NCBI RefSeq assembly: GCF_006345805.1 | Contig: NC_043024.1 | Coordinates: forward strand, 19,716,001 to 19,780,000 | Length of the DNA stretch: 64,000 bases | Direction: 5' to 3' | Source: Octopus sinensis | Taxonomy: Eukaryota | Part shown: one piece after another, positions 26,928-39,440 of the stretch | How the letters are laid out: each line of letters opens with the position of its first letter | Numbering within the stretch: position 1 is the first letter of the stretch | Position numbers and translations under genes: made by a program | Notes under the pieces: generated by a model | Told to the model about the DNA's origin: nothing | Seen by the model: only the letters and a program-made list of their open reading frames with translations | Database searches by the model: none

Positions 26928-27148
26928 CCCTTTCGTTACCGTATTTATTTTGAGATGCTCTGTGTTTCTTTCAATTACTTTAAATATAACAAAGAATTTA
27001 GTAAAATAACTTAGTTATCATTAAGCTAGTGTTAGGAACGTAAATTGTGACTAAGGTTTGGTGGAAGATTTGAATTCAAAACTTATGAAAACAAGACATT
27101 TGTACTACAGAGCCAGTGCCAGTTTCAGCCGAGTTGGTATCGAAAGGG
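26928..27148. mobile_element. piggyBac-type MITE
   Basis: TTAA at 26924-27 and 27149-52. TIR CCCTTTCGTTACC / GGTATCGAAAGGG. Confidence 0.8.
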
Positions 27149-27180
27149 TTAAGAATTGTTTCTCTATTATATATTTTTAA

Positions 27181-27397
27181 CCCTTTCGTTACCATATTTC
27201 TGTTGAGATGCTCTGTGTTTCTTTCATTTAATTTTAAATATAACAAAGAATTTAGTAAAATAAGTTATCATTAAGCTAGTGTTAGGAACATAAATTGTAA
27301 CTAAGGTTTGGTGGAAGATTTTAATTCAGAACTTATGAAAACAAAACATTTGTACTAAGAGACAGAGTTGGTTTCAGCTGGATTGATAACGAAAGGG
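27181..27397. mobile_element. piggyBac-type MITE, second adjacent copy
   Basis: TTAA at 27177-80 and 27398-401. 11 bp perfect TIR CCCTTTCGTTA. Confidence 0.8.
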
Positions 27398-28049
27398 TTA
27401 AATAGATCAGTTTTTCTCCACTTAAGAAGTCTAGCTTGCGTTTGCCTCCAGGAAGCTATTGCTCACTTTCTCCGTGCTAGGACAATGAAATTCATCAGTG
27501 CTGACATCGCCACTACCAGCTGTTACTGTCTTTAATGCTGACAACAACATCATAATTCATCCTTGCACATGTAAACTCACTAAGTGAATATGACGTAGCG
27601 TTCCTACAGAAACCTTCATTAATCTTATACGATGTTTAATGTCCTTTCACATTCATGTTGAATTATGGCAGCAATCTTATGTTCTCTTCACAGAACACTT
27701 GTATGAACTAGTATATATTACTAGTTCTTTTGGTCTAGCAGATTTTTACTATTCTTGTTCATGTCTCCTCACAGACATGTATATTCTAACAAGTCGCTTC
27801 TTAAATTTCGAACCTCTCATGTTCAGTAAACATTGAGTTAGACTTGCAAAGCCCCTTTATTTTCTCCTTTCGATTTTTAATGTTTATTTCAGCGGATTAT
27901 CAAGACTGAGAATTTAAAAACCAAATAAGCCCTATAGGCAATTTGTTCTACAAAGCCCTTCCAGGTGGTGCCCCAGCATGGCCACGGTCCGATGATTAAA
28001 GCATGTTAATTAAAAACATATTTTTCATGTCAAAGTAAAGAGAAAGTAA

Positions 28050-28632
28050 GAGTTAAAAGAATGTCGCAGTTGTATCTTGAGTTATGTCCCCTGAGTCAGA
28101 GAACTCTTTTATCATTTCTCCCTCATTTGCCAGATTAAGAAGCATGAGTATTATCATCATCATCATCATCATCATAATCATCATCACTAACATCATTGTT
28201 ACTATCATCATCATCACCATCACCACAAGTATCATTATCACCGTCATCATTTCCATCATCATTGTCATCATCATCGTCATCGTCGTCATCATCATTGTAA
28301 TCATCATCATCATCATCATCGACGTTATCATCATTGTCATCATCATCATCATCGTCATCATCATCATAATCATTTTCTTCATTGTTGTCTCACCAACATC
28401 ATTATCACCATCATCATCGTGGTCGTCGTCATCATCATCACCACTGTTGTCATCATCATCATCATCATAATCACCATAACCATTATCATGATCATCATTG
28501 TCATCATTACTATCATCATCATCATAATCATTATCATGATTGATCTTATCACCAACATCATCATAATCACTATTATCATCATCATCTTCATCTTCACCAC
28601 CAACATAATCATTATCATCATCATCATAATCA
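28050..28632. repeat. Imperfect (CAT)n array
   Basis: Direct reading. Confidence 0.9.
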
Positions 28633-30126
28633 TCAGCCTAGGACTGATAGGGTCAGTTACCCTGCACGTAACTGTCCGAGGCCACAGCAGCCACCACCCC
28701 AGAACGAGACCCCAGTCCATAACAGGTCAAATCATTTACAGCTGAGTGGACAAGAAAGGAAGTGTTTTGTCCCAAGAACACAATGTGCTGCCCAGGCCAG
28801 GAATTGAAACCATGGTCTTGTGATTATGAGTGCAACACCCTAACCACTAGGCTATGTGCCTTCACTCAATGCACGCAAACATAAAATAAAAATTGAAATA
28901 TAAAAAAAAACATGTTATTCTTTTTGTGTCCACCAGAGAGCGCTACTACACCCAAACCTGTAAAGAAATCAAGGAACAAGTCACTCAACAAGGGAGGTAA
29001 TGAAGCTTAACCCGTTTTGGTCACGTTGCCCCTAACCTTCTCCCTTTTTTTATTGTTTGTTTTTGCACAGCACCCTAAAGTTTTCTTATAACACTTAGAC
29101 ATTAGTTCCAATCAATCATCACTCATCGAAAATTATTGATAAACCATCAGTTCAATTTTTTTTCCTCTGTAGTTTCAGCTCAGAGCTGTGGCCATGCTGA
29201 TGCACTGCCGTTCTCCTAAGTAACAGGGGTCACCACCACCCCCTGCCGGAGCCACGTGGAGCTTTAGGCATTTTTCGCTCAATAAACACGCACAACGCCC
29301 GGACTGGGAATCGAAACCGCGATCCTCCGACCACAAGTCCGCTGCCCTAACCATTGGGCCATTGCGCCTCCACAATTGCACCTCCATATTGTCCACGTTT
29401 TCACAAGAAATTGTTTTTCTATAGAATATGCTTGCTTTCTTAACCCAACACTGCTTTGTCAGCACTGCAAGATAAACATGTATAAATTCAAGAATTGTTG
29501 GAGCATCCAACAAAATGTTTTGTGATGTTTTCTTTCAGTTCTCTACAGTCTAGGTTCAAGTCCTGCTGAAGTCGACTATGTCTTTCACCCATTCAGGGCT
29601 TATAAAATGACATATCAGTCAAATACTGGCACTGAAATAGGTAGAGGAATGGTGGAAAGGAGTTAGGAATTCCTCCCCTGTCCAAAATCTCCAGCACCCT
29701 TTCTTGGATCTCAAGACCCAAGACTGAAGTGCCATCTGACCACAAACCCCTCTCATCGGGCCTGGTTGTTAGGCAGCATGTTGGCTGAGCTATTAGTCCT
29801 TAGTGGCATTTCAGCCACTTTCACATTCTAAGTTCAAATTCAATCAAGCTTGACTTAGCTTTTCATCCTTTCAGGGTCGATAAAATAAGTACCAGTCAAA
29901 CACAGGGGTTAATGTAATCAACTTACCCCCTCTCCTGAAATTGCTGGCCTTGTGCCAAAATTTGAAATCATTATTATTAGGGCATCCAGCTGTAGAAACA
30001 CTGCCAGATCAGACTGGAGCCTGGTGCAGCCTTCTGGCTTCCCAGACCCCAGTTGAACCATCCAATCCATGTTAGCATGAAGAACGGACATTAAACGATG
30101 ATAATGATTATTATTATTATTATTAT

Positions 30127-30681
30127 TGAGTGAGTGAGCAGTTCATGCCATCAAAGTGACACTGGGGTAAAATATACGAAGCCCAATATACCCATCATGA
30201 CTACCCGTCTGATAAAGGTACACCAGGCACATGCATCACAACCATATGTGCGCGACATGGTGATCTCATATCAAGATAAACAGCACATGACCTTGCAGGT
30301 GGAGCCCAGTTAGAATTTTCTTCAGATCGAGTAACCCATCCCGCTCAAAAGGTCCCTGAATAAGGGTTGTTTAAGGACGTTGAACGAAACACCCCTGTTT
30401 CCAGAGGTGAATTATTCAAACCCCAAAGAATCCTTCTCAACACATGGCTATGATGCTCCCCCACTACTTCTGTTCATGATCAGAGATGCACATATCGTCA
30501 GCCACTAAGGGACATGCTCAACTGGTCAAGGTCAAACAACTGACAAGCAAATCTGTGGTATTTAGCAGAATATTTGCTGTAGCCCATCTTTTATACCAAG
30601 ACAAAACAATGTACATGATAACACTTCCAATCAGTTAAGATCAGAAGCCACGAGAGCCACTGCCTGGTACTGCATCAGGGC

Positions 30682-30683
<2 letters not shown>
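30127..30683 (-). mobile_element. Full-length about 560 bp element with (ATT)n on both sides
   Basis: Left flank tattattatt-gagtgagtgagcag; right end gcatcagggcat-ttattattatt. Confidence 0.85.
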
Positions 30684-30739
<56 letters not shown>

Positions 30740-31443
30740 ATTATCTTCATCATCATCATCATTAATGTGGTCAGCTAGCAGCAGAAACTTTAACATGCCA
30801 GACAAAATGTGCTTAGTGGAATTTTGTCCAACTTTACGTTCTGAGTTCAAACTCCACCAAGCTCAATTTGGTTTTCATCCTTTTAGGGTCAAGGAAATAA
30901 GTACCAGTTGAGTACTGGGATCGATATTATTGACTAGCCCCTCCCCCAACCCCCTCCCCCTACACACCATCCTCCAAAAATTTCAGTCCTTGTGCCTATA
31001 GCAGAAAGGATTATTATTATTATTAACAGCGGACAGTACCCGGTGTCAGCCCCTATCCAGGGTTATGGAAAGGAGACAACCTTCAAAGAAACCCAGAGTG
31101 GAGCCCCGTAGGTAGTTTGGTGCCAAGCATAATGCTCTGCACTCTTTTGGACTATGTCAGCAAGGTCGAGAGAGGAATCCTGACGATTGGGCTATCCAGG
31201 ATTTTCTTACATCTAGCCCAAGCCTGCGCAAGACTGGAGAGGATATGAAATGTAAAAACCAGACTGGATTAGTTTATGCACAACTAGTACCAGTAATAGA
31301 AAGGGTTATTATTGATGTAGTTTTCAAAGGAATATGGTAAAATATGGGTTAAAATAGCCGAGATCAGAAGGAATGGGCTTGCTGAAAAATCTAGACTGGG
31401 TATGAAATCTTGGCTAAGAATCCTGGAAGCGATTCTTTACAAT

Positions 31444-31474
<31 letters not shown>

Positions 31475-31549
31475 ATGTGTGTGTGTGTATATATATTTAT
31501 ATATATATATATATGTATGTATGTATATATAAAATATCTATATATATAC

Positions 31550-31585
<36 letters not shown>

Positions 31586-31843
31586 GTATGTATATATATG
31601 TATATATATATATATATGTATGTATATATATAAATATATATATATGTATGTATATATATAAATATATATATATGTATGTATATATATAATATATATTATG
31701 TATGTATATATATAAATATATATATATGTATGTTATATATATAAATATATATATATGTATGTATATACATATGTATGTATGTATGTATGTGTGTGTGTGT
31801 GTACATTTAAAATCATTGCCAATTTCTCTTGCTTCTGTTTCAG

Positions 31844-32050
31844 TGCCTTCAAAAATACTTGGCATCATGGGTAATACGATTTTAGCAGTGGATGACACTT
31901 TAGAATTGGTGTGTAAAACCAGTGGCTTACCATCTCCCAGGATTTATTGGGTACATAATGGCAGGAGAATCAAAACACGTGCTGATGGTAGGATAAGGGT
32001 ATTGTCTCCAAACAAACTAGTTGTAAAGTTTATCACAAGACATGATACAG
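31844..32050 (+). CDS. Exon C: most of second Ig domain, (V)[68 protein letters not shown]
   Basis: Acceptor tctgtttcAG at 31842-43, donor GTaagt at 32051. Phase 1-1. L-x-C-x-x-x-G-x-P-x-P-x-I-x-W motif. Confidence 0.93.
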
Positions 32051-32684
32051 GTAAGTCAAAGTATTTTGCTGTTCTTCGTTTTATATTATTTCACCTTCAG
32101 TCTTTTCTTAGCTCCACTGTCTTATAACCTTACATGGTGGCTTCCCCCTCGTCATCGAGTATGGCCATTGCACAAAGTTTAATCAATGTTCTTATCGTGC
32201 AATGCGTGTGCAAGAAGATTTTTTTTAAAGTGAGGAAAGGCTGTGCACTGAATGAATCCCACTCACTAAGCAACAGCAGCCATAATCCGAAAAGAAGAAC
32301 AAGTCAACATCATCGGTAACCACTGAGCCGCAGGTTTTATGTCGGAATTATCCCCGTTTCTTGAGTTATCTTCTCCTAGAAGGATGCCCTATCAAAGGCT
32401 AGGAGTCCTTCACTCCCAATGGTTTAACCACGCGATCGGGTATTCAGTCCGATTATTTCTATGTCCCCATGCATAATACATCCTTAAGACATTTATTGGA
32501 TGGCCGTTGACTCTCAAGAGTTCCTCCGCCCATTGACGGGTTTTGTTTTTCATCCCGCAGGGTGTCCAATAAACACCCTCCTCACCAAGCAAGCTTGGTG
32601 GGGTTGCCAGATTAGTCACTGACGACCCGACCATGCAACAGGTTGTACTGGGTTATACATACATACATACATATGTCTATCTAT

Positions 32685-33020
32685 CTATCCACTCAGTCGA
32701 AGTCGACTCTCGGTCACTCGTTGGATCAGTGTCCTCCAGTCAGTTCTATCCTGGGCTGCTTCTTTCAGATTGGCTATGTCCATTCTGGTATCACTCTTGA
32801 TGGTGTCAAGCCAGTGGGTTCTCGGTCGGCCTCTTCCTCTCTTGACACTGACCATTCCGAGCATGATGTCCTTCTCCAGGGATTTTCTTCGCATAATATG
32901 ACCGAAATATGCCAATCTACGCCTGGTGATCCCAGCTTCTAGCGACATTTTCAGCTTGATCTGCTTAAGAACTTCTCCATTGGTGAGCCTTACTTAAGAA
33001 CTTCTCCATTGGTGAGTCTG
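32685..33020 (-). mobile_element. RTE/BovB-like LINE 3-prime end
   Basis: ORF 32685-32948 RRRLAYFGHIMRR..LEKDIMLG.V..KRGRGRPR..WLD.I....L.EAAQDR..WR. Confidence 0.88.
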
Positions 33021-33158
33021 ATGTCTCTACTCCTCAAGACCTTGCTCATGCTGACTATTTCTACTGCTTTTATAGCAAGTTAATGCAGGTAGTTTATTCT
33101 GTATCCCTTCAACATTTAGTTTATGCACCTGAAAAAACTGCATCATTTATGGGATGAC

Positions 33159-33209
<51 letters not shown>

Positions 33210-33419
33210 AATCTTAGGGTAGCAAAAAAATTTTAGAAAAATTCTTTGCTACCAGTGGTCTAGTGAGAAGGAAAAATTAGTCAATAGACTATATATCATT
33301 CATATAAATATACAGTGTATATTTAAACACATAAGAGATGACCATAACAGGACATCTGACTCGCAAGAAAGAGTACACATACATACATACATACATACAT
33401 ACACACATACATACATACA

Positions 33420-33455
<36 letters not shown>

Positions 33456-33875
33456 TATATATGTGTGTGTATGTAATTATACATGCATATATGTATGTAT
33501 GTATATATATATATATATATATATACATATACACATATGTATATGTATGTCTCTGTGCGTGTGTGTTTGTGTGTGAACACATGCACACATGCTCTTGTAC
33601 GTACACACACACATACATGTCTCAACATGTCATGATTTCATGACCATAAATACAATTTATTGTTTAGAATCTTAACCCAGCTTAACATTGCCATCTCGAT
33701 TTAACAAAAGCATTTCCAACTCAAAGCTGTCCAAAATAAACACACAATCACTTTAACTACCTCAAAATTAGACCATAAACTTAGATTAGAAATGTACTTT
33801 TACTACCAAATCAAACAGTCATCGGCTTTATGGTCTGTGTCTGTGTCTTTGTGAATATATTTATATATATATATT

Positions 33876-34380
33876 GGCGTAGGAGTGGCTGTGTGGTAAG
33901 TAGCTTGCTTACGAACCACATGGTTCTGGGTTCAGTCCCATTGTGTGGCATCTTGGGCAAGTGTCTTCTACTATAGCCTTGGACCGACCAAAGCCTTGTG
34001 AATGGATTTGGTAGGCGGAAACTGAAAGAAGCCCATCGTATATATAGGCGCAGGAGTGGCTGTGTGGTAAGTAGCTTGCTTACGAACCACATGGTTCTGG
34101 GTTCAGTCCCATTGTGTGGCATCTTGGGCAAGTGTCTTCTACTATAGCCTTGGACCGACCAAAGCCTTGTGAATGGATTTGGTAGGCGGAAACTGAAAGA
34201 AGCCCATCGTATATATAGGCGCAGGAGTGGCTGTGTGGTAAGTAGCTTGCTAACCAACCACATAGTTGAGGGTTCAGTCCCACTGCGTGGCATCTTGGGC
34301 AAGTGTCTTCTGCTATAGCCCCGGGCCGACCAAAGCCTTGTGAGTGGATTTGGTAGATGGAAACTGAAAAAAGCCCATCG

Positions 34381-34423
<43 letters not shown>

Positions 34424-34580
34424 CTATATGTCCCTGTCACTTACCGGTTCGGCAAAAGAAACTGATAGAATATGTACTAGGCTTACAAAGAATAAGTCCT
34501 GGGGTCGATTTGCTCGACTAAAGGCGGTGCTCCAGCATAGCCACAGTCAAATGACTGAAACAAGTAAAAGAGTAAAGAGT
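33876..34580 (+). mobile_element. SINE family B with three tandem 171 bp head modules
   Basis: ggcg(t/c)aggagtggctgtgtgg at 33876, 34047 and 34218, then one tail. Confidence 0.85.
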
Positions 34581-34842
34581 AATATATATATATATATATT
34601 AATTAACAATTGAGCATAAAATCTTTAAAAGAAATTATCAGTAGTCAGCGTGAAAAACCTCGTAAGAGAAAAAATCCGTAAATTCTTCCTCTTTGAAAAT
34701 ATTCATTTATATTATATTGAGGGTACTACTAATCGTAGATACCACACGCTAAGAGGGACCAATGCGGTCAAAACTACTAAAAATAAACAAAATTTTACCG
34801 AATGCAAACTTCAAAACACATCATTTTAAAACAGAATTCAGT

Positions 34843-34875
<33 letters not shown>

Positions 34876-34893
34876 GCATAGAAGGTCTAGAAA

Positions 34894-34939
34894 CCACCTG
34901 ATGAATGTCCATAGAAGTGACAAGAAACGATCGTAGTGG
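34894..34939 (+). ncRNA. Type I hammerhead ribozyme motif
   Basis: Stem I CCAC 34894-97 / GTGG 34936-39; CTGATGA 34898-904; stem II TGTC 34906-09 / GACA 34919-22 with an A-A mismatch at its base; GAAA 34924-27; palindrome ACGATCGT; GUA triplet ending at 34935. Confidence 0.75.
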
Positions 34940-36980
34940 ATATTTTAATTATATTTAATTTATATAAAAATTTTTATGTATTGGATTAAGTCTTTCTTTG
35001 TTTGATTTGCATAATAGTGGTTTTGTCTCTAATTAATATTATATATATATATAGCATAAGTCATCTAAAAGTCCATAAGTTGGGAAAAAGATGCACTCAT
35101 ATATTTGTCAATAGAGTGGGTATATTATCTGAAGTGTACAGTATTAGGTATCCATCATGGCTTAGCTTACATATCAGATGATATATATGTCTGTGTGTGT
35201 ATGTGTATGTGTGTATGCATATATATACTTGTCGATGAAAAACGATGACGTTTCAGTTAGCAAATGTTGGCTGATTCTGGTGAATTGCTGCATTTAATTT
35301 GTCCAGCTGGTCACACTAGGCATCCAAATTGATGGTCCTGTCATGGAAAGAAGCTTGGAAAAGACAACACCCTTCCCACTAAATTGAAAATAAAGCCTTC
35401 TTCTGATGAAATTCTGCTCTGGAGATGCTTCCCCCATCATCATATGCACTTCACATTGTTATGGATGATCTGTTTTCATCTCTTGTCACATTCTTTTACT
35501 CTTTTACTCTTTTACTTGTTTCAGTCATTTGACTGTGGCCATGCTGGAGCACCGCCTTTAGTTGAGCAAATCGACTTATTCTTTGTAAGCCTAGTACTCA
35601 TTCTATCGGTCTCTTTTGCCAAACCGCTAAGTTACACGGACTTAAACACACCAGCGTTGGTTGCCAAGCGATTGTCGGGGGGTCAAACACAGACACACAA
35701 ACATATACACACATATATATATATATAAACGACGGGCTTCTTTTCAGTTTCCGTCTACCAAATCCACTCACAAGGCTTTGGTCGGGTCGAGGCTTTAGTA
35801 GAAGACACTTGCCCAAGGTGACACACAGTGGGACTGAACCCAGAACCATGTGGTTGGTAAGCAAGCTACTTACCACACAGCCACTCCTACGCCTATAAAA
35901 ACTAATCATTTTCTTCCAGCTTCTGCAATGATTTACAGATGGAAGTCTACTGGGTGAGGTTAGTTTCCTTCAACTGATGTGAGATCCAAACAGTGAACCT
36001 ACTGATATAATCAAGTTGATGTTGGTGGTTTTCAACACAAGTTTTCGATATTTAGCAAATATTTGCTATCATCCAGGACTTATAAAAGGAGTTGGTGTCC
36101 CTGATAATTTCTGTTGGCTGGCTAGAGTGAGGTGCATCATGAACAGGAAAAATTTCCTGATCAAAATCTAGAAAACCACTTCTGGAACATGATCTATAAC
36201 AGCATTCCCTGCTTACATGACACCATATCTTCCTGTAGATTTCTGCTGCTTTTCTTATCATCATCATCATCATCATCATCGTTTAACGTCCGTTCTCCAT
36301 GCTAGCATGGGTTGGACGGTTCGACCGGGGATCTGGGAAGAACAGAAGGCTGCACCAGGCTCCAGTCTGATCTGGCAATGTTTCTACAGCTGGATGCCCT
36401 TTCTAACGCCAACGACTCCGTGAGTGTAGTGGGTGCTTTTTACGTGCCACCGGCACAGGTGCCAGGTGAGGCTGGCAACGGCCACGGTCGGATTGGTGCA
36501 TTTTACGTGCCACCGGCACGGAAGTCAGTCGAGGCGGCACTGGTATCGGCCAGTGCTTATCTTCTTTGAAAATAAAACACCATGTGGTGTTGATAATGTT
36601 CATTTTAGTTTCCCATTTTAACATAACGTCAAACACACGTGTTGTTTAATCAATTATACTCGCAGTTATGATTTCAAATTCCCTCGCTAAAAGTGCACTA
36701 AGACTTCCGGAAACAAATACTGCATAAAATATTTACTGCAGTATAATTAAAATCAAAAATAAGGGTGAAAAATTGGATATTAATTTAATAGTACCATCAA
36801 TTTAACACCAAGTGGCTTAGCGCATAAAAACCAGGGATACAAAAAAAAATTTATGCACAAATATAAGAGAGTGACCACTATATAGTCGACTCTTGCGCTA
36901 AAAATAGATCCGCTATGGTATATAGTTTATATATAATATATATAATATATATTGTTTATATATAATATATAATAGAGAAG

Positions 36981-37172
36981 AAAGTAAATTTCGAATGTAG
37001 TACAGCTGTGAAAAAAGCAAAGAAGGATTGGATTTTACCCTTATAAAATAGAAAAAAGTTGCCAGCAACTAACCTGGAGCCACCTGCTGGTAACTTTTAT
37101 CCATTTTATAAGTTTGAAATATTCAGTCTTTCTGCTGTTTTCTCAGCTGTACTGTGTTCAAAATTTACGTTC
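36981..37172. repeat. Imperfect inverted repeat (foldback)
   Basis: Nested paired blocks gtacagctg/cagctgtac, cttataaaat/attttataag and aaaagttgccagca/tgctggtaactttt around a loop of about 17 nt. Confidence 0.75.
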
Positions 37173-37234
37173 TTGTCGGTAAAATATCAGACACATTCAG
37201 CACTCTCAAAGTTTACAAGATATAATATGTACAT

Positions 37235-37670
37235 GGCTGGTGCTTCCTAGGGCTAAATAGCGGTGGTGTGATTCCCTTTATGGGACTGTCACATTAAGTT
37301 GACAGTATACAACTGCTCTATCGTACTACCACTGCTTATATCTCTCTGAGATATTTAGAAATGTAACATTTCTATTTTTGTAATCAGCGGATTTATTTCA
37401 CTAGAATTCTTATATGTTTACAAGGTCTAGACAGGCATCTCCAACTAGCAGGCCATGCTACTCCAGACTGATGACGAGCAAATACTCAGAAACTAGTCTC
37501 TGGATGCAGGCTTAGCTGGGTGGAGGTGCTTATCTCCCCCTTATAAACATAAGGACACAGGAAATGTGTCAAGGCTGACAGGAAGCGTTGATGCTTCCTA
37601 GGGCTAAATAGCAGTGGTGTGATTCTCTTCATGGGACTGTCACATTAAGTTGACAGTATACAACTACTCT
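37235..37670 (+). mobile_element. Retrozyme-like / Penelope pseudo-LTR-like element: 351 nt unit plus 80 nt terminal direct repeat
   Basis: Direct repeats 37241-37320 and 37592-37671; flanking AATATGTACAT at 37224-34 and 37671-81; hammerhead in the middle. Confidence 0.75.
37463..37503 (+). ncRNA. Type I hammerhead ribozyme motif
   Basis: Stem I CCAGA 37463-67 / TCTGG 37499-503; CTGATGA 37468-74; stem II (C)GAG-caaata-CTC(A); GAAA 37489-92; palindrome ACTAGT; GUC ending at 37498. Confidence 0.8.
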
Positions 37671-38094
37671 AATATGTACATTATCTTGCATATAATCATG
37701 GACAGGCTATTCAGTTTGCCCCAATTCAGTCCAGGTACATGATATTGATAAGCCACAAAATTGGTGAAATATTGATATCCATCGCTCCTGGATGGGATCT
37801 GGAGTGAGATGTGTCACCTGTCTGGGATTTTTCTGGTGTTTTAACATCCAGCACTTTGAGAGAGTCATCTCCACCGCTGCAATTCGCAGTCTACCAATGA
37901 ACAAGCAAAGTACATACATTGACAGTGTGTGTTCAGTAATGCTTAGAACATTAGCACTGCTTCTAATTCCTATCTGAATAATATATAGTGTTAGATATTA
38001 TGTTGCATGTGCATCAAATTGTATGTACATAAATCAGATGAAGTGTTCACTCTCATTAATAGTGCATCTTATGTATGTGTGTACATGCACACAC

Positions 38095-38135
<41 letters not shown>

Positions 38136-38143
38136 TATGTGTG

Positions 38144-38181
<38 letters not shown>

Positions 38182-38192
38182 GCATATATATA

Positions 38193-38252
<60 letters not shown>

Positions 38253-38527
38253 TATATATATGTATATGTGTATATATATAATATATATATTATATATAAT
38301 ACACACAATTACGCATACACACACACACGCACACACACATATATATGCATGCACACACATGTGAAATGATATGTAATTATAGCAGTTTGATTTCCTAAAA
38401 GTACTTCTACAATCTGTAATCTGACAAATATGACTTTTCGATTTTGTTTTAATCAATCATTTTTTCATTTGCAGAAAAATTATTTAGTTTTTAGTCTGAA
38501 ATATTTAAAGCTAAATTTGGTAGCTAT

Positions 38528-39440
38528 ACTTTGGGTTGGGAAGAAAGTAATTTCGGTTGTTTAGTGTGAAATAAAAGTCATTTTTTTCTCATACAAAGAA
38601 TGAACAATAATCTATATTTTTTCTATTTTATTCTATGACCTTTTGCCATCTTTCTGGCAACTTCATGATTCCATGCTTATAGAACTTCTGGTCTTTATCA
38701 GACAAAAACAGAAGCAAATTTGATTTCAGGTCATCATCATTATTGAAAGTTTTACCATTCAAAGAATTTTGCAAACTTCCAAATGAATGGTAATCTAATG
38801 GTGCAAGGTCAGGGCTATATGATGGATGTGACATCACTTCTTAACCAGGCACCAATAATTTTTCACGAGTTAGCAAAGACATGTGTGGTCTAGCGTTGTC
38901 ATGGTGGAACATGATTGCTTTACGATTTGCCAATTCTGGCTGTTTTTCTTTCATTGAATGCTTCCTCTAGTTTCATTAGTTGTTGACTGTAAACATCTTA
39001 ATTGATCCTTTGGTTCCTTGGAAGCAGCACAAAATACACAACACCTTTGTAATCCCACCAAACTGACAACATAACCTTTTTTTATGCAATTTCGATCTGG
39101 TTTCTGCTGGTTCATTATGCTTGGACTATGATCGTTTTCAATTGATGTTATTCTAGACAATCGATTTTTCATCACCAGTGACGATTCCTTACAAAAAAGG
39201 TCGATTTCATTGCGTTTGAGATGCATATCACAAATACTGATTCGTTGTGTTAAGTGAATCTCTTCAATTAATGTGGAACCCAAATATTGAGCTTCTTAAC
39301 GAGTCCAAGACATTTTAAGTGATTTTCAATTATTCCGTGTGATACATTTAACTTCTCTGCAATCTTTCACTCAGTTATATTACAATCAGATTCAGTTACG
39401 GCTATGACCCAGTCATCATCAATTTCTGTAGGCCGACCAG
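38528..39440 (-). mobile_element. Decayed mariner DNA transposon
   Basis: HPSYSPDLAPLDYH..RWQKVIE (third catalytic D motif) at 38628-38837; RISICD..LKRNE..F remnant at 38951-39283; TIR-like ttgggttgggaagaaagtaatttcgg at 38530. Confidence 0.9.

Noticed and set aside
27450-27502. Minus-strand CTGATGA with downstream GAAA
   Set aside because: A 9 nt unpaired linker precedes a 3 bp stem; topology is inconsistent with a hammerhead.
30200-30230. CTGATAA motif in the 560 bp element
   Set aside because: No GAAA or stems, and C3-A8 would be uncompensated.
31175-31220. CTGACGA followed by an 8 bp hairpin TTGGGCTA/TAGCCCAA
   Set aside because: GCC follows instead of GAAA, and there is no stem III or cleavage triplet.
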